This document shows, piece by piece, positions 37,899 through 47,737 of a DNA stretch of 64,000 nt (its first letter is position 1; every line of letters begins with the position of its first letter). The position numbers were made by a program, and so were the translations under genes. Origin of the DNA: Candidatus Dojkabacteria bacterium (lineage in GTDB: Bacteria; Patescibacteriota; Dojkabacteria; B142; OLB20); contig JBHHUN010000005.1 of the NCBI GenBank assembly GCA_046753765.1, positions 4,430 to 68,429 of the forward strand, read 5' to 3'. Under the pieces are notes generated by a model that searched no databases, had not been told where the DNA came from, and worked only from the letters and a program-made list of their open reading frames with translations.

Positions 37899-39215
37899 TT
37901 AGGGCAGAAGATTCTTAATAAAACTCCCGATCCGTGAGCCGATTCCTTCGCCTCCACCGGACGCTGCGGCAGCCTGTTTGCGTGGTCCACTGTAGCCCTC
38001 ATCCATTGAGCCGTATAGTGTCAGACCCTGGACAACAGAATACGCAGGGCTCGATATCTCGTCGACGAGACCTTCAAGTCCCTTTGGGTAGCCAATTCTG
38101 GCAGGTACTCCAAAAACGCGTTTTGCAATAGTGGTAACACCCGGAAGCAGAGCGGAACCACCGGTCAGTACAATTCCAGCGGGCAATCTTGTCTCATGTC
38201 CTGCATCATCAACCTGTTTGATAAGTAGATCGAAGATCTCTGACAGTCTGGCTTCGATGATCTCTTCGAATAATTTTTTAGAGATTGTGTTAACACCGTT
38301 TATCTCCAGTTTAGTAATATCGATGACGTCTTTTGTTTTCTTCTTAGCTGCCTTTGCCTTACTTTTCGCACGTCCCAGAACTTTTTCACGCTTCTCTGTA
38401 GCTGCACTGACAGCCTCTTCTTTTGTGTTTTTGATGAGCTCTTCTGCATTAAGTTTGATTCGCTCTGCGTCTTCAAGGGAGACCCTGAGTCCAATTGCAA
38501 GGTCACTGGTTACGTTTGCACCACCAAACGGAAGGCTGCCACTGTAGGTAATGGCATCTTCAACAAATGTAGTAATAGAGCTTGTCCCCCCACCTATATC
38601 AAGTTGCATCACGCCAAGCTCTTTCTCGGTGGCAGTAAGGACTGCATTAGATGCTGACCACCCTGTGAAAACGATATCATCAACCCTGAGTCCCAGTTGC
38701 TGCACCACTTTAACAAGATTATGCAGTGCGGAGGATGTTGCTGAGATAATGTGGGCATCAACCTCGAGCCTTGTTCCCGACATTCCGATAGGGTCTTTTA
38801 TCCCTCCCTGAGCATCCACAATAAACTCACGTGGGATCACATGTAAGATCTCTCTGGATGGTGGAATAGAAACTGTTCTTGCACTCTCAATTGCCCGAAA
38901 TACGTCGTCTGCGATAATTTCGTCCTGGGCAACTGCCACAACTCCTTTGTTATTAGTACTCGTGATGTGCTTACCATTTATTGAGATGTACACCGATGAA
39001 ACTGTAAGGCCGGCCATTCTTTCTGCTGCCTCAAGAGATGCAGCGATAGAGTTGATGGCATCATCAATATTAACAACCACACCTTTTTTTAAACCCTGAC
39101 TAGGGTAGCTTGCAACGCCGATAACTGATGGCGGTTGACCTTCTTCGAGGGATGAGATAACAGTTGAGACCTTGGTAGATCCGATATCAAGGGCAGTAAT
39201 TATCCTGTTAGCCAT
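37899..39215 (-). CDS. ftsA: Cell division protein FtsA (actin-like ATPase)
   Basis: ITALDIGSTKVSTVIS ... DIGGGTSSITTF are actin-fold phosphate motifs; position upstream of ftsZ. Confidence 0.9.
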   Translation of the reverse strand: MANRIITALDIGSTKVSTVISSLEEGQPPSVIGVASYPSQGLKKGVVVNIDDAINSIAASLEAAERMAGLTVSSVYISINGKHITSTNNKGVVAVAQDEIIADDVFRAIESARTVSIPPSREILHVIPREFIVDAQGGIKDPIGMSGTRLEVDAHIISATSSALHNLVKVVQQLGLRVDDIVFTGWSASNAVLTATEKELGVMQLDIGGGTSSITTFVEDAITYSGSLPFGGANVTSDLAIGLRVSLEDAERIKLNAEELIKNTKEEAVSAATEKREKVLGRAKSKAKAAKKKTKDVIDITKLEINGVNTISKKLFEEIIEARLSEIFDLLIKQVDDAGHETRLPAGIVLTGGSALLPGVTTIAKRVFGVPARIGYPKGLEGLVDEISSPAYSVVQGLTLYGSMDEGYSGPRKQAAAASGGGEGIGSRIGSFIKNLLP

Positions 39216-39298
39216 ATGTTTAAACCACGTTTACTAAAATCATTTTACACCATTCCGCTTTTCGTGATAAATCATATCATTAAAAAGTCTCGAGTTCA

Positions 39299-40447
39299 TT
39301 ATTTAACAGAGACTTTCTTTGAGCTTAGATCTATCTGTTTGAACGATCGCCCTTCGAGTTTCAGCTGCGTCGAGACCAGTTCGAAGTCTTCAAGCTGCTC
39401 AGAGGTAGGCCTGTTGGTTCCAAATGTGAGAGTCTTTCCGTCGGTCAGTTCAAAGGTTATCAGATATTGTCCTTCCCAGACAATTTTCCGGACAATAAGG
39501 CGTTTGTGTTGATTAAAATAACTCGAGGCTTCGAGCGTAACGCCAAGCCTGAGAGGACTAATCTCATCATTTTTCTCGTAGAGGATGTTTTCAAGGACAA
39601 ACACACGTGGAAGGGCAGCGAAATCCTGTTTTGAAACCGAAGCAGAATATGCCTCTAAAGTTTCGTCAACCTTAACCATAAGCTCTGCCCTGATTTGCCG
39701 CAAGATCTTCACCTTTTTTGAAAGTTTTATCTCGGAAAAATCAAATTTGTCTTCTGGTTTGGGAGTAGGGGTCGGGTTAACTACCTCCTCAAGCGGTTCC
39801 TGCGGATCAAACTCCTCATCGATTTCGACAATGCCCATGTCAAGCCTGATCCTGTCCTCTACGTACTTAGCATTTGGGTCACCAAACCCTTTAATAATCT
39901 CAAGATCTTCGGGGGAGAAGTTGAGCTGATCGGTCTCGACCTGATCGAGTATGATCCCTTCGTTGTCCACCAGATAGACCCCCGACAGGTTGATGAGGCT
40001 TAAGTCAGGTTCGCGTTGATTAAGATCAATCTTGAGCTTGTTTGGGAGAATCTTTCGGACTTGCACCTCTTCGAAAAACAGGGCTGACTGCTCAAGATGC
40101 TCTTCAATAGCTGAACTTCTTGTTAGAAAAATATTCCGCCCTACGAATGGTTGTAACTGCGAAATGATCTCTTTAGAATCCACTTTGCCACTACCCAGAA
40201 AGCTGAACTCACTGATTGCAAATGTCGGCGATGTAATCGTATTAAAAAAAACAACGCCCAGGATTACAAGAAGTATCAGCCCGACTACACCAAGCATCAT
40301 CTTCCCGTTATTTCCGCCAAAAACCTTTGAAAATATCTCCTCCTGTTTTCTTTTAGGATTTTTTCGTGGTGAGTTCACACTCCTCGGGAGGAAAGGGTTT
40401 GAGGACTTCTTTGCCTGTTTTTGTCTGCGTAACAGCTTGTTTAACAT
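39299..40447 (-). CDS. ftsQ: FtsQ/DivIB-like cell division protein (TM + POTRA)
   Basis: Basic N-terminus, one TM helix, then a POTRA-like region (ISEFSFLGSGKVDSKEIISQLQPFVGRNIF); upstream of ftsA. Start moved to MLNKLLRRQ. Confidence 0.65.
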   Translation of the reverse strand: MLNKLLRRQKQAKKSSNPFLPRSVNSPRKNPKRKQEEIFSKVFGGNNGKMMLGVVGLILLVILGVVFFNTITSPTFAISEFSFLGSGKVDSKEIISQLQPFVGRNIFLTRSSAIEEHLEQSALFFEEVQVRKILPNKLKIDLNQREPDLSLINLSGVYLVDNEGIILDQVETDQLNFSPEDLEIIKGFGDPNAKYVEDRIRLDMGIVEIDEEFDPQEPLEEVVNPTPTPKPEDKFDFSEIKLSKKVKILRQIRAELMVKVDETLEAYSASVSKQDFAALPRVFVLENILYEKNDEISPLRLGVTLEASSYFNQHKRLIVRKIVWEGQYLITFELTDGKTLTFGTNRPTSEQLEDFELVSTQLKLEGRSFKQIDLSSKKVSVK

Positions 40448-40509
40448 ATCTACATTGTATACTAAACATAAGTGGTTGGAGATAACAAACGGAGGTAGTA
40501 AAATGTGGC

Positions 40510-41172
40510 ATGGCACTCTCCAAAAAAGAGAAAAGACTGTTTAAACAGCTAGGGTATTTTCACCTTTATCTGGTTGTAGCTATTACGTTTCTAACTTTCC
40601 CTCTGGTATTTCCCCCTTGGAGCTCCGGATTCCAGATCTGGACCTGGATTCCTTTAGTCTTATACTACGGAGTGCTTGGCGCGGGGATGGTCATGTGGGG
40701 TATGGGGCAGAAGTATAAAGGAAGATTGTTTGGAACACTTCTTGTTCTTGTGATACTGGCAAGTGCTCACTTTTATTCATTGATATCGGCAACTCCGGAC
40801 TCTCTTTCTCGTGGTCAGGCGTTTGAATTTACCGAGTCAAGAAAAGAAGAGGTGATGACGGGCATCGACCTTGGCAAAAAAGAGCAGGGTAAGGATTTTG
40901 ACCAACCCAGAGGAGAGACCAAAGGTGAGAAAGCGCAGTTTATATCCGGAAAAACAGAGGGTGAAGTTGTTGAGGATGCAGCCAGAATCATTCCAGTAGA
41001 GCAGAACAGGTGGAACTGCAACAGTTTTGGCTGCAGCTACGGCACAGAGGAGACCGTTTGGACGATAAGTGCAGCAAATGTTTTTGGCTCAGTAATTCTA
41101 AACCTTCTTTCGATGGGTGGAATGACCTGGGTAGTATTTGGAGATGAGCTTAAGAAAGAGTTTAAATCTTAA
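40510..41172 (+). CDS. Membrane protein, unknown function
   Basis: 220 aa with about 4 TM helices and a C-terminal soluble segment. Confidence 0.4.
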   Translation: MALSKKEKRLFKQLGYFHLYLVVAITFLTFPLVFPPWSSGFQIWTWIPLVLYYGVLGAGMVMWGMGQKYKGRLFGTLLVLVILASAHFYSLISATPDSLSRGQAFEFTESRKEEVMTGIDLGKKEQGKDFDQPRGETKGEKAQFISGKTEGEVVEDAARIIPVEQNRWNCNSFGCSYGTEETVWTISAANVFGSVILNLLSMGGMTWVVFGDELKKEFKS

Positions 41173-41438
41173 TCCAGTTTCAGATCTTTTCTGAGCTTCT
41201 TGATCACATCTGCCCCTTCTTTATCCTCAAGGTATTTTAGGAGCTTTCTTCGTTTTCCAACCATACCAAGCAAACCCCTACGTGAGTGGTTGTCCTTTTT
41301 ATGAGTCTTCAGGTGATCAGCAAGATCAGCGATCTTGGCTGTTAGAAGGGCTATCTGGACTTGTGGAGATCCGGTGTCCTCGGGACCAGTGGCGTATTTT
41401 TTAATAATCTCCTCTTTTTGTTTAAGTGTGAGTGCCAT
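41169..41438 (-). CDS. rpsO: 30S ribosomal protein S15
   Basis: [50 protein letters not shown] matches S15. Confidence 0.9.
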   Translation of the reverse strand: MALTLKQKEEIIKKYATGPEDTGSPQVQIALLTAKIADLADHLKTHKKDNHSRRGLLGMVGKRRKLLKYLEDKEGADVIKKLRKDLKLD

Positions 41439-41573
41439 TTGCATCTATTTAAAATATAAACTACAAACATCAGCTAAAGTCGGCAATTCTAGTAGCCAAT
41501 GTAAAAGTCTGTGCTATTATAACCCGATTCCGCCTTGTGGGGCAAATATTTCCGACTCCAGCTAAAATAGAAA

Positions 41574-41593
41574 AGCCCTCTGAATTGAGGGCT
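41574..41593 (-). terminator. Rho-independent terminator downstream of trxA (minus strand)
   Basis: agccctc-tgaatt-gagggct hairpin. On the minus strand it is followed by a T-rich tract (plus strand gctaaaatagaaa). Confidence 0.55.
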
Positions 41594-41619
41594 AATTTAC
41601 AGCTTAAATTGGTGATTTT

Positions 41620-41955
41620 CTACTCCAATCCGTCTAAGAGTGACTTCAGTTTTTCATCTACATCTTCCTCAGATCGCAGACCTACCATAGTCTCAACAGG
41701 CTCACCGCCCTTGTAAAAGATGAGTGAAGGGATGCTCATAACGTGGTATTCATTTTGTGTCTGGGGGTTTGCGTCGACGTCAAGCTTGAAGATCTGTACC
41801 TTTTTGTTGTCTGCGTACTTCTCGGCCAGCTTATCAACGATCGGGCCCTGAATTCTGCACGGTCCACACCATTCCGCCCAGAAATCAACTAATGTGATGC
41901 CATCGAAGTCGAGGACAGTTTCTTTAAATTTATCGTCTGTGATTGGTTTTCCCAT
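41620..41955 (-). CDS. trxA: Thioredoxin
   Basis: WCGPC active site (FWAEWCGPCR); 111 aa. Confidence 0.9.
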   Translation of the reverse strand: MGKPITDDKFKETVLDFDGITLVDFWAEWCGPCRIQGPIVDKLAEKYADNKKVQIFKLDVDANPQTQNEYHVMSIPSLIFYKGGEPVETMVGLRSEEDVDEKLKSLLDGLE

Positions 41956-41979
41956 TGGAAAAAACTGTTTAGAAGTAAA

Positions 41980-42345
41980 TTAAGGTTTATCTGCCAACGG
42001 TTTGGTTTGTTTGGCAGTAGGTTTGGGTTTACTTTTTGCAGGGGGAGTTCCAAGCAGGTCATCTTTGGCGCTCTCGATCCTTTCTGCCAGATCGCCTCTC
42101 ACATCTGATGCTCTCTCTGAGACTTTGTCAAGAAAAGGCTCTATCTGGTCTTCCTGAAACTGATCAAACGCATCAATACCCTGTTTAAGAAGCTTATCGC
42201 TCGCCTTCTTGAGCTTTTTTCGAGACCTTTCGCCCGGTTCTGGCGCTACCAGAATTCCGATGAATGCCCCAATCATTCCGCCAACTAACAGCCCGGACAT
42301 AAAGCTCATTCCATTGTTATTACACGAATGGTTTTTGTGGTGCAT
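41980..42345 (-). CDS. YtxH-like (DUF948) small membrane-associated protein
   Basis: N-terminal TM helix GMIGAFIGILVAP followed by a charged helical region, as in the YtxH family. Confidence 0.45.
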   Translation of the reverse strand: MHHKNHSCNNNGMSFMSGLLVGGMIGAFIGILVAPEPGERSRKKLKKASDKLLKQGIDAFDQFQEDQIEPFLDKVSERASDVRGDLAERIESAKDDLLGTPPAKSKPKPTAKQTKPLADKP

Positions 42346-42368
42346 AACCTGAATATAATAACTAATGC

Positions 42369-42725
42369 TTATTCGGGACCATCTTCCTCGGCACCTACAT
42401 CTGCAAAATCATCCTTCTCTTTATCCTTCTTTTTCTTCTTTCCTCTGAACTTTCCAACAAAGCTTAACATTTTTGAGAGTGGATCTACTATATTTGTAGT
42501 AAAATTACTGATTGATTCAACGATCTTTTTTGCCTTGGAGCTTATGAAATCATAGTCAACGACAAGCTTATCGGAGAGATTGCCAAAAGCCTGCAACACT
42601 TTACGAAGATCCTTGATACTGTCAGCAAATCCTCCGATCAGTCTCATGGTCTGGTAAGAGAGACCTAAAATGCTTATACTTATCACGATTACGAGCAGGA
42701 TTTTAGAGAAGTCATCAACGCTCAT
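42369..42725 (-). CDS. Small single-TM protein (possibly DUF948-like), unknown function
   Basis: 118 aa; TM helix then a helical region and a KK-rich acidic tail. Confidence 0.35.
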   Translation of the reverse strand: MSVDDFSKILLVIVISISILGLSYQTMRLIGGFADSIKDLRKVLQAFGNLSDKLVVDYDFISSKAKKIVESISNFTTNIVDPLSKMLSFVGKFRGKKKKKDKEKDDFADVGAEEDGPE

Positions 42726-42813
42726 TAAGTTTGGTTAAAATGTAAAGTAAGTATGTCACAAGTTGTTGATTTTATCAATTCAACTTGTCAAAATCTAAGC
42801 TGACAGGGACAAT

Positions 42814-43557
42814 ATGAAAGTTAACTATTGCGTAAAAGGCGAGGGAAGAACGATCATTCTACTGCATGGTTGGGGTGGATCTATCGGCAGCCTCGAGAAG
42901 TTGCAGCAGGAGCTTGCTGATATGGGCTTTCAGGTGTTTAATCTTGATCTGCCTGGCTTTGGCGACAGCGGGATCCCCGGAAAAGCCATGACACTTGATG
43001 ACTATGTTGAGTACCTTGATAAACTGGTCACGCGGTTAAATATATACAAACCGATCTTTGTTGGGCACTCGTTTGGGGGAAAGTTGGCAATGAAATATGC
43101 AATTAACAAACCAGGCACTTTATCAAATCTGGTTGTAATTGATGCGTCCGGGATAAACCCGCGCAACAGTGCTAAAAGGTCGCTACTGTATCTTCCTGCT
43201 AAGATTTTTGGTGCCGTCTTTGATCTTCCCGGATTAAAGCTGGTAAAGCCGATAGTACGAAAGCTTTTCTACAAGTTTGTTGTTCGGGAGCATGATTACG
43301 TGAAGTCGGACCATATAAGGCAGACCTTTCAAAACATAATTTCTGAGCATTTAGATGGTAAACTGGACCAGATTAAAACCGATACTCTTGTGATCTGGGG
43401 TGAGAAGGATACTGTCACACCGCTGTGGCAGGGGCAGCAACTTGCAAGCAAAATAGCTGGCTCACGTTTTGAGGTAGTCGAAGGTGCAAAACACTCGCTT
43501 CCACTTGAGATGCCCGAGGTTGTTGCCAGGATTATTTACAGCTATCTGAACAATTGA
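42814..43557 (+). CDS. Alpha/beta-fold hydrolase
   Basis: IILLHGWGGS and the nucleophile elbow GHSFGG. Confidence 0.8.
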   Translation: MKVNYCVKGEGRTIILLHGWGGSIGSLEKLQQELADMGFQVFNLDLPGFGDSGIPGKAMTLDDYVEYLDKLVTRLNIYKPIFVGHSFGGKLAMKYAINKPGTLSNLVVIDASGINPRNSAKRSLLYLPAKIFGAVFDLPGLKLVKPIVRKLFYKFVVREHDYVKSDHIRQTFQNIISEHLDGKLDQIKTDTLVIWGEKDTVTPLWQGQQLASKIAGSRFEVVEGAKHSLPLEMPEVVARIIYSYLNN

Positions 43558-45350
43558 TATCTATGTTGGCTTTAATGGCGCTACTCATATTTTTCCTGCT
43601 GCCGGCTTATTTGGTAGTCTTTCAGAACTTGCTCTGGTACATATATCTTTGGCAGATAAAGGAGTACCGTGTTGACAGGGTGTATTCACATTTCAGGTTT
43701 GAGGATAAGTTTGATCGCTCAAGTTTGAGCTTTCTCCTTATTAAGTTGGCTCTGGTTTTTACCTCAATGCTATACCTGTTTTTTCCGCGCAGCCTGGCAC
43801 TGTTGGTTACACCACTTCTGGCATTTGTTCTCTACCTTGCAATGCTTGAGCGTATGGCAAGAAATCTAATCGGACGAAGGCTGCAAAGGCCCGCAATCAA
43901 AAGCGCACGTAATATTTTGATTTTGCTGTGGAGTGTAGCCGTTCTACTTCTTCCCGCAGCGCTTTTATTTGGATGGCTCAGGAGTTTGCCTGTTCCGGTT
44001 GAACCTGTTGGAAGCCTGGTTGAGCTTGAGCAACAAACAAGTATAAACATCCTTCCTCTGCCTTTGATACTGATTGTTCTTGCTACCATAGTCGCGGTCA
44101 CTACTGATCTGTTGACTCATTTGGTTGTGTTTTTAGGTGTACTCTTAACAAATCCGATGGCATCCATCAAAAGAAGAGGTCTTATTAGAAAGGCAAAGCA
44201 GAAACTTGGACGAAGCAAGAAACTCAAGATAGTTGCAGTTACAGGCAGTTACGGAAAAACAACTACAAAAGAGCTCATCTATGAACTAGTTAAAGATACA
44301 TATACAACCGTAAAGACACCCGAGAATAAGAACACCGATGTTGGCATAGCCCAAACAATTCTGGAGAGTATCAATGAAAACACAGAAGTACTGATTGCCG
44401 AGATGGGGGCATACCATATCGGGGAGATTGCAGATTCAACAAGACTGGCACCACCAGATATTGCGGTTGTAACAGGAGTTGACCAGCAGCATATAAGTTT
44501 ATTTGGGACCATAGAAAACACGTTTAAAGCCAAGTTTGAGATTGTGCAGGGACTAAAGCCAGAGGGGATTGCAATTTTAAATGGTAATAACGAGTACACT
44601 TTGAACATGGCTGCAAAAACCGACAAGAAGAAGCTTCTGTATTTTGCGGTTGATAATACAAATTTTACCGTCACAGAGGTTGATGAGGAGAAACAGAGGG
44701 TTAAGTCAAAGTCCAAGTTTCCGGCAGATTCAAATCTCTATGCGACCACGATAGTTCAGACAAATGAGGGGATTGCGTTTGATCTTAAGTACAAAGGGGA
44801 GAAGCATCATGTTAAGACAAAGTTTAAGGCGTCTCACAATATTTCTAACCTTCTTGCTGCGGTTTCGGTTGCGGTAGAGCTTGGTGTCCCGGTTGAAAAG
44901 GTAGTTGGACGTATCCAGGAGGGTGAGCTGAGCGACAAGTATCTTGCAGTAGACGAGGGTTTAGGTGGGGCAACAATTATCGATGACGGATACAATTCAA
45001 ATCCAACTGGGTTTTTAGAGGCGCTTAAGTTTTTAAAGGGGTTTGAGACAAAAGGGAAGAGGTGGATTATGACTCAAGGGGTCATAGAGCTCGGTCAGGA
45101 GCAGGATAGCCTTTATGGAAGGTTTGCCGAGCAGATCGCTTCGAGCTCAGATGGCTTAATAACTTCAGACAAAGTTTTGGCAGAGGCCGTCAACGAGAAA
45201 AGCCCGAAGTTTCCTGTTTATCTGGTAAAATCCGGCCCGGGCTTTGTTGACACCTACACTCGCAGAGTTAATAAAGGTGACACTGTGTTAATAGAAGGAC
45301 GGTTCGAGCCGGTAACAATGGAGGCAATTACAAAATCAGAGGATGATTGA
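43554..45350 (+). CDS. murF: Mur-ligase family protein (MurF-like) with ~200-aa polytopic membrane N-terminal domain replacing the usual soluble N-domain
   Basis: Residues 1-200 hold about 5 TM helices. Then the Mur ligase ATP-binding motif VTGSYGKTTTKE and the C-terminal DDGYNSNPTGF. Confidence 0.65.
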   Translation: MISMLALMALLIFFLLPAYLVVFQNLLWYIYLWQIKEYRVDRVYSHFRFEDKFDRSSLSFLLIKLALVFTSMLYLFFPRSLALLVTPLLAFVLYLAMLERMARNLIGRRLQRPAIKSARNILILLWSVAVLLLPAALLFGWLRSLPVPVEPVGSLVELEQQTSINILPLPLILIVLATIVAVTTDLLTHLVVFLGVLLTNPMASIKRRGLIRKAKQKLGRSKKLKIVAVTGSYGKTTTKELIYELVKDTYTTVKTPENKNTDVGIAQTILESINENTEVLIAEMGAYHIGEIADSTRLAPPDIAVVTGVDQQHISLFGTIENTFKAKFEIVQGLKPEGIAILNGNNEYTLNMAAKTDKKKLLYFAVDNTNFTVTEVDEEKQRVKSKSKFPADSNLYATTIVQTNEGIAFDLKYKGEKHHVKTKFKASHNISNLLAAVSVAVELGVPVEKVVGRIQEGELSDKYLAVDEGLGGATIIDDGYNSNPTGFLEALKFLKGFETKGKRWIMTQGVIELGQEQDSLYGRFAEQIASSSDGLITSDKVLAEAVNEKSPKFPVYLVKSGPGFVDTYTRRVNKGDTVLIEGRFEPVTMEAITKSEDD

Positions 45351-46365
45351 ACAGGAAAAGATTACAGATAAGCATATTTGGGAGGAGTTTATCACTTCAA
45401 GTGGACTCCCTACCTCTTTTTTTCAGTCCTGGAACTGGGGGGAGTTTGAGAAAGAGAGGGGCTCCAAAATCCACAGACTCGGCTTTTACGATGCAGGTGA
45501 TCTGATCGGGATTGGTCTGGCCATCGAAACAGATGCAAAACGTGGACGGTATCTCCATTTCAGGAACGGGCCTGTGATTAACTGGAAAGATGACTTCTCT
45601 GCGCACGAGATTATGGGGCACATTTATAAGTATGGCAAAAAAGAGGGCGTTGATTTCATTCGTATCAGTCCACTTGTTGAGCCTGGAGCCATTGGTCAAT
45701 TCGTGATTAAGGGTTCAAATTACACAGAAAGTCAGATGCACGACGTTGATGCTGAGATCACATGGATGCTCGATCTGACTCAGCCACTTGGGAAAATCCA
45801 GGAGAATATGCGCAAGAATACACGCTACTATATCCGCAAGGCTGAGCGCGATGGTGTTGAAATAACGAGTACAACTGATGTTAAATACCTAAACGATTTC
45901 TGGAAGATCTATCAGGATACGGTAAAAAGGCAAAAGTGGACTGCATATAGCTTCGACTATATCAGAACTGAGTTCGAGAGGTTTAGCAGGGACAACCAGG
46001 CAAAACTGTATCTTGCGAAATATAAGGGGGCGTTTATTGCAGGCGCAATCTTCATCTATCACAACAATCAGGCCTACTACCATCATTCAGGAAGCCTGAC
46101 CAAGTACCGAAAGCTGTCCGCGCCTTACCTGCTGCAGTGGGAGTCGATTAAGGATGCCAAAAAGAGAGGATTAAAGCTTTATAACTTCTTTGGCATTGCC
46201 CGCGACGACAACCCCAACCACCCGTGGCACGGCCTTACCTTTTTTAAGAAGGGGTTCGGAGGGTGTGAACAGAGGTGGATTCATGCAAAGGACCTACCAC
46301 TGAAATTCCGTTACTGGCTCACGAATTTTTATGAGAGGTTGGAGAGGAAGAAGAGGGGTTACTAG
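45343..46365 (+). CDS. FemAB-family peptidyl/aminoacyl transferase (peptidoglycan interpeptide bridge formation type)
   Basis: 340 aa with a GNAT-like duplication pattern typical of FemABX, including FxxWNWGEF. Overlaps the murF-like stop by 8 nt. Confidence 0.55.
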   Translation: MIEQEKITDKHIWEEFITSSGLPTSFFQSWNWGEFEKERGSKIHRLGFYDAGDLIGIGLAIETDAKRGRYLHFRNGPVINWKDDFSAHEIMGHIYKYGKKEGVDFIRISPLVEPGAIGQFVIKGSNYTESQMHDVDAEITWMLDLTQPLGKIQENMRKNTRYYIRKAERDGVEITSTTDVKYLNDFWKIYQDTVKRQKWTAYSFDYIRTEFERFSRDNQAKLYLAKYKGAFIAGAIFIYHNNQAYYHHSGSLTKYRKLSAPYLLQWESIKDAKKRGLKLYNFFGIARDDNPNHPWHGLTFFKKGFGGCEQRWIHAKDLPLKFRYWLTNFYERLERKKRGY

Positions 46366-46384
46366 TATAGCTTGAGCTACAGGG

Positions 46385-46987
46385 TTGCTTTTACATGTTC
46401 CCGTGCAGGCAGCATGGACGTACGGTGATGATTATCCATATCCAAACGGGTCTGGTGTTGATCCCTGGAATATGTATATTAGACAGTGCACTTCTTACTC
46501 CGCTCACAAGGCAGATCAGATAATCGGGAACTTCAATAATCAAATGGAAGGACCAAATGGTACTTCCGGTACGTTTGGGAATGCAAAGAATTGGGATGAA
46601 AATGCAACTTCTATAGGATTCCCCGTGCTAACTTCACCGAAGGTGGGTACGATTACGTCTGTATACCAGAATAAAGAAGGCGCAGGAAACTACGGACACG
46701 TTGCATACATAGAAACCGTGCATACTAATGGGAAGTTTGATCTCTCAGAGTACAATTGGTGGCCTAATTCCCGGTCTTACAATGAAAGGTATAACCGCCA
46801 GAACTCACAGTGGTATACTTTCATTGACTTTGGAGGTGGCTCATGTAGTCCTTCCCCAAATCAGGATTGGATCATTACATCAGACTGTGAAATAACAAGC
46901 AATATTAACTTCGACTTTACAAATTACAAAATAGTTATTCAGAATGGAGCAAAACTTGACATCACAAACGGAGCGAAAATCTACTAA
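46385..46987 (+). CDS. CHAP-domain protein (cysteine/histidine-dependent amidohydrolase/peptidase)
   Basis: Catalytic Cys in RQCTSYSAHKADQ and His in YGHVAYIETV. A short C-terminal beta-repeat tail follows. Confidence 0.65.
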   Translation: MLLHVPVQAAWTYGDDYPYPNGSGVDPWNMYIRQCTSYSAHKADQIIGNFNNQMEGPNGTSGTFGNAKNWDENATSIGFPVLTSPKVGTITSVYQNKEGAGNYGHVAYIETVHTNGKFDLSEYNWWPNSRSYNERYNRQNSQWYTFIDFGGGSCSPSPNQDWIITSDCEITSNINFDFTNYKIVIQNGAKLDITNGAKIY

Positions 46988-47651
46988 GAAGACAATTAAA
47001 GTCCCGGTAATAATAATTGGGGTAGCAATCATCCTTTCCATCAGCGTAGTATTCGTGCTTGCACGAAAGGGGTTTGAGGGCTTAGATCAAACTCCAACTA
47101 CGAGCTCTGTTACTTCAGCCCCTACCTTGACCGAAACCCCTTCATCCACACCGGACAGAGTAGTTATGACTCAATATGATTATTCAGATATATATGCCGA
47201 CTATCACACGGATTCGAAAATTATATTTGAATTTCCCACAAGCGCAGAAATTAATTCCGAAGCAAGGGTACTCAACGTGGCAATAGATCATGTGATTACT
47301 CTCGAAACAGGAGAAGTAGTCTTGCTAGATTTGAATGGGACAGCTTCGAACAAGATTCAAGAGGAGCTAGAATTCAAGATGGATGAGTACTACAGGATAG
47401 ACCCCCAGAATCCTGATGGGCCAATCAAAGTGAATAACAATTCGAACTACCAGGCAGTTGTCACTAATTCAGGTGTCAATAAGTACGGAAGTCGCTACAA
47501 ACAATTCTCAATCGACAAAGACAGTTTAGTAACTATTTTTGAATTTCCTAGAGATGACGATAAAGGCAGTTGGTACATATACCTTAGTATTGATTCCCTG
47601 GAACCCCCCGAAGAGTACCAACTCATATTTGACTCAATTAGAGAAGAATAA
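46944..47651 (+). CDS. TM-anchored exported protein with PT/S-rich linker, unknown function
   Basis: TM helix VIIIGVAIILSISVVFVLA, then a TSSVTSAPTLTETPSSTP linker, then a soluble domain. Confidence 0.4.
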   Translation: MEQNLTSQTERKSTKKTIKVPVIIIGVAIILSISVVFVLARKGFEGLDQTPTTSSVTSAPTLTETPSSTPDRVVMTQYDYSDIYADYHTDSKIIFEFPTSAEINSEARVLNVAIDHVITLETGEVVLLDLNGTASNKIQEELEFKMDEYYRIDPQNPDGPIKVNNNSNYQAVVTNSGVNKYGSRYKQFSIDKDSLVTIFEFPRDDDKGSWYIYLSIDSLEPPEEYQLIFDSIREE

Positions 47652-47737
47652 GGAAGAACTAGCCAGAACTCACAACCTGCTGACACACCACCTCCCCTGA
47701 TGCTACAATTCACCAGCTAATCTAACGATCACATATC

